43,014 bases of DNA from Methanosarcinales archaeon (lineage in GTDB: Archaea; Halobacteriota; Methanosarcinia; Methanosarcinales; EX4572-44). The stretch covers positions 1-43,014 of the forward strand of contig RXIJ01000033.1 in NCBI GenBank assembly GCA_004212095.1. The letters run 5' to 3'. Position numbers and translations under genes: made by a program. This document shows, in pieces, positions 9,476-18,616 of this stretch (position 1 is the first letter of the stretch; each line of letters starts with the position of its first letter). Under the pieces are notes generated by a model. That model did no database searches. It was not told the DNA's origin and worked only from the letters and a program-made list of their open reading frames with translations.

Positions 9476-9845
9476 GTCACTATACCCTGTGCTTATAGGT
9501 ACAGGGATTGTTAGCGTTTTTGGCATACAAAGGTTTCATTTTTATTTTGTCTTGTGTAGAGATATATTTCTCCACAACTTCCAGATCCATGATAGCATCC
9601 CGGAGCCAATATGTGATTGAGTCACCATTCCTTTAGATGTGGAAAGTGTTGTCTCAATATTCTACTGCTTCTACTTTTTATCTTCTTGGCTTATACAGCT
9701 TACAGAATACTTTGGTGGATATTTTATGAAGAGGTGGACGTGATCAACATTCACAGCCATATCTATGATTTGAATGTCAATTTCACTGCACGTTTTTCTG
9801 ATGATACCTTCTGTAACAAGGGTAAATCCCCAACCAATATTTTTC
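9476..9845 (-). mobile_element. IS200/IS605 TnpA (Y1 HUH transposase) remnant with end hairpin
   Basis: The minus strand reads MAVNVDHVHLFIKYPPKYSVS (HUH motif), then frameshifted SSRILRQHFPHLKEW. End GTCACTATACCCTGTGCTTATAGGTACAGGG at 9476-9506. Confidence 0.85.
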
Positions 9846-10104
9846 CTTGACTTTCAAAGAAGCGTAAATTGACCCACTGATTTTTCTTAAAAACCGTTAG
9901 CCATTGGACACGTTGCGGTCATGCAAGATGTATGACCTAACTTTTGATATTACCATAGTGTTGCCTCGCACAAAAAATAGATGGAAAGCTATGAAAGAAG
10001 AAAGGCAAAGATACTTGAGAAACTTGCTGATCTGCAACGAAGGCTTGAGAGCAACAGAGGCAAGGAGCGGGATGTAAGTTTTTAGGGTATGTTTGAAAGT
10101 CAAG
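9846..10104. mobile_element. 259-bp MITE-like element with 13-bp perfect inverted ends
   Basis: CTTGACTTTCAAA (9846-9858) and TTTGAAAGTCAAG (10092-10104). Internal fragment MESYERRKAKILEKLADLQRRLESNRGKER, tentatively IS1634-like. Confidence 0.6.
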
Positions 10105-10123
10105 TTTGAAAGTTACCAGTATT

Positions 10124-10207
10124 TCTGCACTTGATTTCTCCGCAATCAAGAATTATTTTCTGCACAACGAAGTTGTACGGCAGTTAGGTTAATCTCTGTA
10201 CACGAAG
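10124..10207 (+). repeat. REP/BIME-like repeat, copy b
   Basis: CTTGATTTCTCCGCAATCAAGAATTATTTTCTGCACAACGAAGTTGTACGGCAGTTAGGTTAATCTCTGTACACGAAG; colinear with the reverse complement of 22331-22403. Confidence 0.8.
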
Positions 10208-10751
10208 GGTACGGTTCTGCAGAATCATCAGCGCATCGAGTGACGTCACTTTGTTATCGCCACTTATGGCAGCTCCCACAACAGCGGGAATTGCTCCAAC
10301 CGCCATCTGTAGTGCTATAAATGCATCATTCGCTGTTACTACCCAGTCCAGATTGAGATCGCCTCTTAGGATTGGATCACGAAATGCATACAGGTAGCCA
10401 GGGTCTGAGCCGATGAAGAGGATTCTATCAGAAACTGCTGGCTGTGCTAGTTCCAGTTGCAAGTGTCATAAGTCCAGATTGAGATCGCCGGTCTCTGCAT
10501 TGAAACCGTAAACTGTGCTTTTATCATAGTTTGCTGTGGTGTAAACCATGCCGTTTGCAACAACTGGCGATGAGTCGCACTTTCCGCCTCCCAGAAGATC
10601 GTGTTTGTCACAGGCGCATATCCACTCACATTCCCGGTGCGCTCTGGGTTATGATGGAACTGTGGCCAGTCTGTAGATACTATGGATGTGGTGAGCGCAA
10701 GCAGTAAAATAATCGTTAATATTTTTGTGTTCGTGTGTGCTGTGCCTCCAT
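10184..10751 (-). pseudogene. Decayed secreted PQQ-like beta-propeller plus dockerin-like protein
   Basis: Pieces in different frames: signal peptide plus DWPQFHHNPERTG, SSPVVANGMVY, LFIGSDPGYLYAF, and dockerin-like GDLNLDWVVTANDAFIALQMAVG...VTSLDALMILQ. Confidence 0.75.
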
Positions 10752-10871
10752 TGGTTTAATGTACTATATTATTTGCTGTAACTTAAATATATTTGTTGTA
10801 CCTGACTGAACACTTGTGAGTTAACCTGTGAGAGTTAAGGTTTTAACCTTACGCACCTTTGTTTAGAGATA

Positions 10872-11189
10872 ATGCTTAAACAACGATTTGTTCCGGACAC
10901 AAGTGCGCTTACAGATGTGCGGGCAAGAGAAAAAACAGGTGACCAAACCTTCAATGTTTATATATCCAGTATACTGGATACTATTGCAGAAGCAAGACTC
11001 AGACTTGGCATAAGCTGCTATATCCCCTACCCGTCAGTATACAACGAACCCTTAGAGTTTGCAAAGAATGATGACTGTGGTGAGGGGATTTGCAGATGGT
11101 CAGAACAACTTGGACTCCGCTTTGTTGATGCTAAAACATTTCCTCTGATGCTTGGTAAGTATCTATCTAAAACAAGGGAAATTAAGTAA
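10872..11189 (+). pseudogene. HARP / RNA-free RNase P (MJ0950-like PIN protein), internally deleted
   Basis: N-terminus KQRFVPDTSALTD...AEARLRLGISCYIPYPSVYNE is joined directly to the C-terminal EGICRWSEQLGLRFV...FPLML. At 105 aa it is about half the usual length. Confidence 0.7.
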
Positions 11190-11492
11190 ATGATTACTGC
11201 TTACATATCAACCCTTGCCTTTGTGGTGATATTGTTTCTGACACTGCGGGATATTCGCATATTTCATAGAACCAATATTTATGCCTACAGAAGGGGAGCA
11301 CTTCGCGGATTAATTGCAGGTTTTGTTGCACTGTTTGGTCTTATGCTCTCAATTAATCCGGACATTTCTCCAACGATAGGATTGCTGTTAACATTTATCG
11401 CTGTTATGATAAATAAAAAAGAAGCAAGAAAGGATATATTCACACATAATGAAACCACACTCCAGCGATTTCTTGGTGCAGGTAATAAATAA
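11190..11492 (+). CDS. Hypothetical three-helix membrane protein
   Basis: Hydrophobic ORF with TLRDIRIFHRT...AYRRGALRG; abuts the HARP gene. Confidence 0.7.
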   Translation: MITAYISTLAFVVILFLTLRDIRIFHRTNIYAYRRGALRGLIAGFVALFGLMLSINPDISPTIGLLLTFIAVMINKKEARKDIFTHNETTLQRFLGAGNK

Positions 11493-11610
11493 TGTTTGGT
11501 GACTCACAAAAACTGTATGTGAGCGAAACCCGCAGGCATCACGCGGGCGTGGCGTTTATACTTTCATATACGTTAAAAAATATTAAAAAAATATAGTAAT
11601 ATTTTACAGA

Positions 11611-11829
11611 CTATAACTTATCTTTCAAGGCTTGCTTTATATCCTCTGCAGTTACAGTCACTCGATTAGCATGCTTTGCAAGATCAACAGCGCGTCTTGC
11701 AATCTTGGTGCCGTATTCTTCGAGATGCTCTGCCAAAGCTTCGCGTCCAGTTTCACTAACTCGGGTTGCACCCGCACGTTTGATAATTCGCCCTACCGGA
11801 GCGAATGATAATATATTTGTTTTTGCCAT
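11611..11829 (-). CDS. Archaeal histone (HMf family), 72 aa
   Basis: [19 protein letters not shown]...[14 protein letters not shown]. The true start is the ATG at 11829; the longer 119-aa ORF reads through a non-coding element. Confidence 0.93.
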   Translation of the reverse strand: MAKTNILSFAPVGRIIKRAGATRVSETGREALAEHLEEYGTKIARRAVDLAKHANRVTVTAEDIKQALKDKL

Positions 11830-11851
11830 ATAATCACTTCGTTTATCCAAT

Positions 11852-12195
11852 AGCCGAGAAGACCCCTTGCGATAGCTGAGGGATGAATCGGCTCCTTTTT
11901 TTGTGGGCAGTTTAACATAATGGTAGTCGCAACTACATGCCAGACCTGGCCCAGGTCTGTTGGTTCTCATTGGGATTGTTAAGAGGGGGTTTTTAAACCT
12001 GTCACACTGAGAGTTTCCTCTCTATTTAATGACAAATCACAGTTGCTACGGACTTGGGGAGCATCCATAGGTGTGTATGTATTTATCCTTCCTAACTGCT
12101 GCGTGTTTTCCTTTCTTTTGCTTTCGCTCCCTAATCAACCAGTTGCCCTTGCTCCTCACGGTGCAAGCCCCTTCCGAGAGGGAGGGGTGATTGAC
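11852..12195 (-). mobile_element. Non-autonomous IS200/IS605 (IscB/IsrB-type) element: omega-RNA scaffold plus end hairpin, nuclease ORF absent
   Basis: Starts GTCAATCACCCC at 12195 and ends in the hairpin AGCCGATTCATCCCTCAGCTATCGCAAGGGGTCTTCTCGGCT (11893-11852). Only about 50 nt lie between scaffold and end. Confidence 0.75.
11941..12195 (-). ncRNA. HEARO / omega-RNA-like structured RNA (orphan)
   Basis: Stems in HEARO-like order: GTCAATCA/TGGTTGAT, CCCCTCC/GGAAGGGG, CTTGCACC-GTGA-GGAGCAAG, CTATGGA/TCCGTAG after ACACAC, TTTGTCA/TGACAGG enclosing TTAAA and GAGAG-GAAA-CTCTC, GTTAGGAAGG/CCCTCTTAAC, terminal CAGACCTG/CAGGTCTG. The 3' end is approximate. Confidence 0.8.
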
Positions 12196-12263
12196 CTAAG
12201 TTGACTAATAGTGGGGTAATACTCCACATACAGCCAATTAAAGCTCTAATTTAGAATTAACGG

Positions 12264-12277
12264 TATATAAACCTTGT
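12264..12277 (-). promoter_or_regulatory. Putative BRE-TATA promoter for the omega-RNA/histone transcript
   Basis: The minus strand reads ACAAGG-TTTATATA; TATA at 12271-12264, about 70 bp upstream of the scaffold. Confidence 0.6.
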
Positions 12278-12403
12278 GTAATCATTGAGCTCATTCTTTC
12301 CTGTTTCAAGTGCTATTGTGTTATCAATCAATGAAAAGTGTGAATAATCCTGCTTCTCCGAAATCCATCAAGTCTCTGACTACAGGTTGATGTTAAGAGT
12401 TAG

Positions 12404-12453
12404 GCTAATTAGTAAAATGCTAATTAGTAAATAGCTTGCGAAGATTTTATATA
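12404..12453 (+). promoter_or_regulatory. Tandem 13-bp repeats plus BRE-TATA upstream of gar1-tfb
   Basis: GCTAATTAGTAAA at 12404 and 12419; GAAGAT-TTTATATA at 12440-12453. Confidence 0.55.
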
Positions 12454-12496
12454 CTATTAATAACATGTATATTAATGGTGTGAACGAGGTGAATAC

Positions 12497-12736
12497 TTGA
12501 AGCGTTTAGGTGTAATACTTCATGTGATACACAATGGTAACTTGATAGCACGGAGTGTTACTAAACTAACAAACACTGCATTAAATACTACTGTCTGGAA
12601 TGAACAGGTAAAAAAGATTGGAAAAATTGTAGACATATTTGGTCCGGTGTCGAGACCGTATTTTTCAATAAAGCCTTCTAAAAAGTCGGATTTTAAGATA
12701 CATGAACTAAAAGATAAAAATTTATATTTAAAATAA
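12497..12736 (+). CDS. gar1: H/ACA RNP component Gar1/Naf1
   Basis: KRLGVILH...IGKIVDIFGPVSRPY; lies upstream of tfb, a conserved archaeal arrangement. Confidence 0.88.
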   Translation: MKRLGVILHVIHNGNLIARSVTKLTNTALNTTVWNEQVKKIGKIVDIFGPVSRPYFSIKPSKKSDFKIHELKDKNLYLK

Positions 12737-12771
12737 AATTTTTATTAGCAAACCTATGAGGAGAATGTTGA

Positions 12772-13782
12772 ATGTCAGAAACTGAAGTGATACGAGAGAA
12801 CATATTGTCTGAGCGAAAAAAAATAAAAGAAGTCATCAAACAAAAAAAAGAGAGAGAAAAATCTGAACTTGAAAAAACACAAATCGAGTGCCCAGAGTGT
12901 GGTAGCTACAATCTTGTTCATGATTATGAAAGGGCAGAACTCGTGTGCAGTGACTGTGGGCTTGTAATAGATACAAACTTTATTGACCAGGGGCCGGAGT
13001 GGAGAGCCTTTGATAATGATCAACGAATGAAACGTTCAAGAGTTGGTGCACCTATGACATACACCATTCACGACAAAGGTTTGTCCACGATGATTGACTG
13101 GCGAAACAGGGATACGTATGGAAAATCCATTTCTGCCAAAAATCGTGCACAGTTGTACCGACTACGAAAATGGCAGCGCCGCATACGGGTAAGCAATGCG
13201 ACAGAGAGAAACCTCGCCTTTGCATTATCGGAACTGGATCGGATGGCATCAGCCCTTGCACTATCTCGAAACATCAGAGAAACTGCTGCTGTTGTCTATC
13301 GAAAGGCAGTCGGGAAAAACCTCATACGCGGTCGAAGCATCGAAGGTGTGGCAGCATCAGCTTTGTATGCAGCATGCCGACAATGTAACGTGCCGCGAAC
13401 ACTTGATGAGATAGGCGAAATCTCAAGAGTTAGCAGAAAAGAGATCGGAAGAACCTATCGATTCGTTGCCAGGGAATTAAGCCTCAAACTAACCCCAACA
13501 TCTCCAGTGGATTATGTGCCTCGCTTCTGCTCAGGATTGCATCTTAAAGGTGAAGTAGAAAGCAAAACCGTGGAAATACTGCGACAGGCAGCTGAAAAAG
13601 AACTCACGAGTGGGCGAGGCCCAACCGGGGTTGCAGCTGCAGCCATATATATTGCATCCATCCTCAACGGGGACAGAAGAACCCAGCGCGAAGTTGCGGA
13701 TGTTGCAGGGGTAACAGAGGTAACCATACGCAATCGATACAAGGAACTCGCAGAAGAACTTGACATAGAAATCATACTCTAA
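12772..13782 (+). CDS. tfb: Transcription initiation factor IIB
   Basis: Zn ribbon CPECG...CSDCG, GPEWRAF, two cyclin repeats, [13 protein letters not shown]. Confidence 0.98.
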   Translation: MSETEVIRENILSERKKIKEVIKQKKEREKSELEKTQIECPECGSYNLVHDYERAELVCSDCGLVIDTNFIDQGPEWRAFDNDQRMKRSRVGAPMTYTIHDKGLSTMIDWRNRDTYGKSISAKNRAQLYRLRKWQRRIRVSNATERNLAFALSELDRMASALALSRNIRETAAVVYRKAVGKNLIRGRSIEGVAASALYAACRQCNVPRTLDEIGEISRVSRKEIGRTYRFVARELSLKLTPTSPVDYVPRFCSGLHLKGEVESKTVEILRQAAEKELTSGRGPTGVAAAAIYIASILNGDRRTQREVADVAGVTEVTIRNRYKELAEELDIEIIL

Positions 13783-13792
13783 GACCATTTTT

Positions 13793-15874
13793 TTGTCAAA
13801 TATCTTCTACCTGTGCTTCTGGTGGCTTGCCATTTTTATACTTGGGGCAGCCACTTATCCAATTTCTTATCGATTATTCCCTGCACTGAAAGATCGATAC
13901 GGGTTTTCAAAAATCCTTGGTTTATCGTTATTCACGTATCTCTCCTATCTTTTTTCTGTTGATAAAACAATCATCATATTTATTGTTATAATTGTCTTTG
14001 GAATTGTTGTTTTTCAGAAACTGAGGCTGAAACTGACTCTTCCCCCATTTTGTAGTTTCTATGAAGTGCTGTTTGCTGCCTCTTTTTTCTTGTTTGCGTT
14101 AATCCGCTCTTTTTATCCTGAGATCAACGGAGCAGAGAAATTCATGGATTTTGCTATTTTAAATGCAGTCTTCAGAGCAGAAAGTTTTCCTCCGCTCGAT
14201 CCATGGCTTTCCGGAGAGAATCTTGATTTTTATTATTATTTTGGACATTTGATGGTATCAAGCATCGCAAAGCTCACAGGCACACCTGTGGGGGTGGCCT
14301 ACAATCTTGGTCTTTCGATGTTTTTTGCTCTTGCAGTTACTACCGCTGCATCACTTGGATACAATCTTACCAACAAACGAAAGTATGCGATGTTGACAGC
14401 GTTCTTTGTGGTAATCTCAGGCAATCTCAAGTCAGTGCTTCTTGCATTTAGCATTGCATACTCCGGAATTTTATCGAACATTCCTTACTATTGGGAAAGT
14501 TCGCGAGTGATACCAAATACTGCAAATGAGTTTCCATGCTTCACTTTTCTGCACGGAGACCTGCATGCACATCTTGCAGCAATACCCTTGCAGTTATTAC
14601 TCCTCGTATTGTTATTGAACCTGTATCGTGAGAAAAACGTGGCATTTTTCACCTGCGTGTGTACTGGTTTTGTGCTTGGATTTTTGTTTCCAACCAATTC
14701 ATGGGATTACCCGACTTACCTCTCTATCACTGCTTTTTTAGTGTTCTACGCTGCTGGAGTGAACAAGAAGGCGTTTTCAACACTCTTGGCGATCGTTATC
14801 TCAAGCCTGCTTTTATTTGCACCTTTTTATGAAGCTTTCAATCACAGCGGAGTTGCTGGCATCAGTATGGTCAGCACGTATACGGTTATTCAGCACTACG
14901 TACTGGTATTTGGTTTATGCCTTCTACCATTAGTGTTTTTTGTGCTCTATCGTAGTGTGCCAACACTGAAGCACGAGCGCCCGGTCAGGATTGCATGTGT
15001 GCTTGTGTGTTTTACAATCATCTTGTTTGTCTCATCCAAAACAGGTTTTCAACTGCTTGCACCACTCCTATTTCTCATATCCCTGTGTGCATACAACCTT
15101 CAAAAAACACGTAAAAAAGATCAAGCGGATGACGAGTCATTTATTATGCTACTTGCTCTCACCGGACTACTTATTTCATTATTTTGTGAAATATTCTACA
15201 TTAACGATGCGTTTACCGTACCCTTTGAGAGGTTCAACACAGTGTTCAAGTTATACATGCAGACCTGGATTTTATTTACTGTGGCAGGAGTTTATGCAGT
15301 GTATCACTTTGAATACAAACTTAATGGTGTAAAGCAAAAGGTGTGGCTTGGATTCGTTGTGCTCTTAGTTATCAGTGGGCTGATTTTCCCAGCTGCTACA
15401 GTACTATTTAAAACTAATATGTTTTCAGGTGAAGCCAATCTCGATGGCATGGCATACTTAGAAAAAATATATCCCGGGGATTATCATGCAATCAGGTGGA
15501 TGCGATTGAACCTTGCAGACGATGTTATAGTGCTTGAACGTTTTGGAGAAAGCTACACATTATCCAGTCGTATTTCTACTAACACAGGAATTCCCACTGT
15601 TCTTGGCTGGGCTGGACATGAAATCATGTGGCGGCTTGACAGAGCAAAGGTAAATCAAAAAATCAACGATGTGAACACGATCTATACTACCCGGAACAGA
15701 TCTGATGTGTTATCATTAATAAATAAATATAATATAACTCATATATACGTTGGAACCATGGAACAGCAATACTATGGAAAGGCAGTGTTAAAATTCAAGA
15801 ATGACTCATCGTTTAAGCCCATCTATAAAGATGTGCACAATTCAACCACCATCTACGAAATTATGATTGGTTAG
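13793..15874 (+). CDS. DUF2298 / YYY-motif polytopic membrane protein
   Basis: EKFMDFA, PPLDPWLSG, YYYFGH, NEFP, GDLHAH, NSWDYP, RFNTVFKLY, GWAGHE. Confidence 0.88.
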   Translation: MSNIFYLCFWWLAIFILGAATYPISYRLFPALKDRYGFSKILGLSLFTYLSYLFSVDKTIIIFIVIIVFGIVVFQKLRLKLTLPPFCSFYEVLFAASFFLFALIRSFYPEINGAEKFMDFAILNAVFRAESFPPLDPWLSGENLDFYYYFGHLMVSSIAKLTGTPVGVAYNLGLSMFFALAVTTAASLGYNLTNKRKYAMLTAFFVVISGNLKSVLLAFSIAYSGILSNIPYYWESSRVIPNTANEFPCFTFLHGDLHAHLAAIPLQLLLLVLLLNLYREKNVAFFTCVCTGFVLGFLFPTNSWDYPTYLSITAFLVFYAAGVNKKAFSTLLAIVISSLLLFAPFYEAFNHSGVAGISMVSTYTVIQHYVLVFGLCLLPLVFFVLYRSVPTLKHERPVRIACVLVCFTIILFVSSKTGFQLLAPLLFLISLCAYNLQKTRKKDQADDESFIMLLALTGLLISLFCEIFYINDAFTVPFERFNTVFKLYMQTWILFTVAGVYAVYHFEYKLNGVKQKVWLGFVVLLVISGLIFPAATVLFKTNMFSGEANLDGMAYLEKIYPGDYHAIRWMRLNLADDVIVLERFGESYTLSSRISTNTGIPTVLGWAGHEIMWRLDRAKVNQKINDVNTIYTTRNRSDVLSLINKYNITHIYVGTMEQQYYGKAVLKFKNDSSFKPIYKDVHNSTTIYEIMIG

Positions 15875-16065
15875 TGCTCTCTTTATGTTTGCAATTGAGG
15901 GCCATCATGAGATAATCGACCGATAAGTTATTCCAAAGCTTAGGTAACACGAGATGATATATATGATAATGCCAATCATTGGGATTATCAGTTTTTTTGA
16001 TGACAGAGTACTTCTCAAGTATATGGGAAGTAAGATCACAAGAAAATGGAGAGTATTTGAGTTAT

Positions 16066-17226
16066 ATGTATTCAGATAGAATTAATTCGCTTCCCCCCTA
16101 CCTATTTGCAGCAATTGATGAAGGAAAGAAGGAAGCAGTAAGAAAAGGGGTTGATGTTATTGATATCGGTGTTGGCGATCCTGACCAGCCAACTCCATCG
16201 CATATCGTAGAATCTCTTTGCGTTGCAGCAAGGGACGCAAGCACCCACACCTATCCATCGTATAAAGGATTAATTACGTTTCGAGAGACTGCTTCTACAT
16301 GGTACAGCGAGCATTTCGGTGTGAACGTTGATCCACTGACTGAAGTACTCACACTCATTGGTTCAAAGGAAGGGATTGCACACGCACCCCTTGCATTTTT
16401 GAATTCTGGCGATATCGCGCTTGTGCCAGACCCTGCGTATCCTGTGTACAAAGTTGGAACGATATTTGCTGGAGGTATGCCATACATGATGCCCCTTAGT
16501 AAGGAAAACGGATTCCTGCCAGACCTTGAGGCAATACCAAAAAATATAGCAAAGAAAGCCAGGATCATGTTCCTTAACTATCCAAACAACCCGACATCAG
16601 CAACAGCAGACAAATCATTCTACAAGGAAGTTGTAGAGTTTGCAGCAGAGAATCATATCGTTGTGCTCTCTGATAATGCCTATTCAGAGATCACATTCGA
16701 TGGATACCATGCTCCGAGCTTTCTTAATGTAGATGGTGCAATAGACGTGGGAATCGAGTTTCATAGTCTTTCCAAGACATATAATATGACAGGGTGGCGT
16801 ATTGGCTTTGCTGTTGGTAACAAGGATGTCCTTGATGGTATTGGCAGGATAAAGACAAACATTGATTCAGGAGCCTTTGAAGCGGTGCAGCGTGCAGGCA
16901 TAACTGCGATGAGCGGTTCGCAGGATTGTATAGAGAACATGAGGAAAATATATATGAATCGGCGGGATGCACTGGTTAAAGGGCTGCACAATATAGGAAT
17001 TGCAGTTGAACCCCCGAAAGCAACCTTTTATATATGGGCGACTGTACCGGAAGGATATTCTTCAATAGACTTTTCAACACTCCTGTTAAATGAAGCTGGC
17101 ATCGTTGCAACACCAGGTGTCGGGTTCGGAGAATGCGGTGAGGGATACATACGTTTTGCACTCACGCAACCCGTAGAGCGTATAGAGGAAGCTTCAAAGC
17201 GCATGAAACAACTCGAACTCGATTGA
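16066..17226 (+). CDS. dapL: LL-diaminopimelate aminotransferase
   Basis: [45 protein letters not shown] (PLP lysine). Start reassigned to the ATG at 16066. Confidence 0.88.
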   Translation: MYSDRINSLPPYLFAAIDEGKKEAVRKGVDVIDIGVGDPDQPTPSHIVESLCVAARDASTHTYPSYKGLITFRETASTWYSEHFGVNVDPLTEVLTLIGSKEGIAHAPLAFLNSGDIALVPDPAYPVYKVGTIFAGGMPYMMPLSKENGFLPDLEAIPKNIAKKARIMFLNYPNNPTSATADKSFYKEVVEFAAENHIVVLSDNAYSEITFDGYHAPSFLNVDGAIDVGIEFHSLSKTYNMTGWRIGFAVGNKDVLDGIGRIKTNIDSGAFEAVQRAGITAMSGSQDCIENMRKIYMNRRDALVKGLHNIGIAVEPPKATFYIWATVPEGYSSIDFSTLLLNEAGIVATPGVGFGECGEGYIRFALTQPVERIEEASKRMKQLELD

Positions 17227-17280
17227 TTGTATTTATACAGAGCTATGTAATCCTGTGGTCATAAAAGAAACTCGAAGAAT

Positions 17281-17931
17281 ATGATTGACTTTGATTTGCA
17301 TGTTCACTCAATTTATTCAAAGGACAGCCTTTCAACTATTGACAGGATTATACAAAGAGCGGAATTGGTCGGGCTTTCTGGTATAGCCATCTGTGACCAT
17401 GACACTACACAAGGTGCTATCGTAGCTATGACACGTGCAAAGGAACTCAAGTCAGCGATTCAGATCATACCTGGTATTGAAGTATCAACCACACGGGGAC
17501 ATATGCTGGTACTTGGTGTAACAGAAGATTTACCACCAAAACAAACACCACAGAAAACAATAAAAGCAGCACAAAAGCTGGATGCTGTGACTATTGCAGC
17601 TCATCCCTTCAAACGCATCACAAAAAATCTTGGATATGTTGGGGGCATGGATATTGATGCAATTGAGACGCTTAATTCCAGATGTCGATTCTGGTGCTCA
17701 AACAAAAAGGCAAAAAAAATGGCAGAAGAGCTTGGAAAACCGCAGGTTGGAGGAAGCGATTCTCATGTACCGGAAATGGTAGGAAGAGCCTACACCAGAG
17801 TTACATCAGTAAAGCACAGTGGAATTCTTGAAGCAATACGAGAAGGGGATACAATACCAAAAGGCAGATCCACACCAACGAGAGCAATACTTAAACAAGC
17901 ATATCGAGGAATACGTCAAAAATTTCGTTAA
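17281..17931 (+). CDS. PHP-domain metal-dependent phosphoesterase
   Basis: DLHVHS, AICDHD, PGIEVS, AHPF, GGSDSH. Confidence 0.9.
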   Translation: MIDFDLHVHSIYSKDSLSTIDRIIQRAELVGLSGIAICDHDTTQGAIVAMTRAKELKSAIQIIPGIEVSTTRGHMLVLGVTEDLPPKQTPQKTIKAAQKLDAVTIAAHPFKRITKNLGYVGGMDIDAIETLNSRCRFWCSNKKAKKMAEELGKPQVGGSDSHVPEMVGRAYTRVTSVKHSGILEAIREGDTIPKGRSTPTRAILKQAYRGIRQKFR

Positions 17932-18064
17932 AAGAGGATTAACACCAGCGATGTTAGAAGATATTGAAGAGAAAACGTGGACTGGGGTGCCCCCCACTGC
18001 ACAAAGCACAAAGCATTTATGGCGATAACACGTTAAAAAATCAAACAAGGATTGAAACTTTTTA

Positions 18065-18616
18065 ATGAGAAAACTGACAGTAATTCCTGAGCGCTGCTCT
18101 GGATGTCGATTGTGTGAACTTGCTTGTGCCATCAATGCGTTTGGTGTAAATAACCCCAAGAAAGCAAAACTCAGGGTTTTCTCGCTGTACCCGCACCCGG
18201 TGATTAAAAAACCTATTGTGTGTAACCAGTGCAGGATTCCAAAGTGTAGTGAGAATTGCCCCACTGGCGCTATTTACATAGAGGACGGTATCGTTAAGAT
18301 TGATGAAAAAACGTGTGTAGCTTGCCAGATGTGCGTAACTTCGTGTCCTTTTGGAGCCATTTTCGTGCATCAGGAGATAGCTGTTCCATTCAAATGCGAG
18401 TTGTGCGGAGGAAATCCAAAATGTGTGGAAGTATGCCCAAAAAAAGCAATCCTATACACTCCGGAACACATACTTGGGCAGTCCATGCGTCTTGCAGGCG
18501 TACTTAAGTATGCACACATGAAAGAAGTGGAATACTTTGAACACGGCATCGTTAAAAAACTGCGGTATGCTGATACGGAAAAGAGTAAAAATTCAGGAGA
18601 TAACAATGACAATTAA
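18065..18616 (+). CDS. 4Fe-4S dicluster electron-transfer subunit associated with AOR
   Basis: CSGCRLCELAC, CNQC..PKCSENCP, CVACQMCVTSCP, CELC...CVEVCP. Confidence 0.92.
   Translation: MRKLTVIPERCSGCRLCELACAINAFGVNNPKKAKLRVFSLYPHPVIKKPIVCNQCRIPKCSENCPTGAIYIEDGIVKIDEKTCVACQMCVTSCPFGAIFVHQEIAVPFKCELCGGNPKCVEVCPKKAILYTPEHILGQSMRLAGVLKYAHMKEVEYFEHGIVKKLRYADTEKSKNSGDNNDN

Noticed and set aside
11503-11556. Possible small RNA (CTCACA/TGTGAG and CCCGC/GCGGG stems) between convergent genes
   Set aside because: Stems are short, there is no tRNA or sRNA box pattern and no second clear copy; it may be a terminator-region structure.
11830-11970. N-terminal tail on the histone (119-aa ORF)
   Set aside because: The extension translates the IS end hairpin and RNA stems. 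The ATG at 11829 gives a normal 72-aa histone with an RBS-like GAAGTGA.
15979-16065. N-terminal extension of dapL (likewise aor 18537-18605 and uvrC 32659-32712)
   Set aside because: Artefacts of longest-ORF calling; family similarity starts at the downstream ATG.
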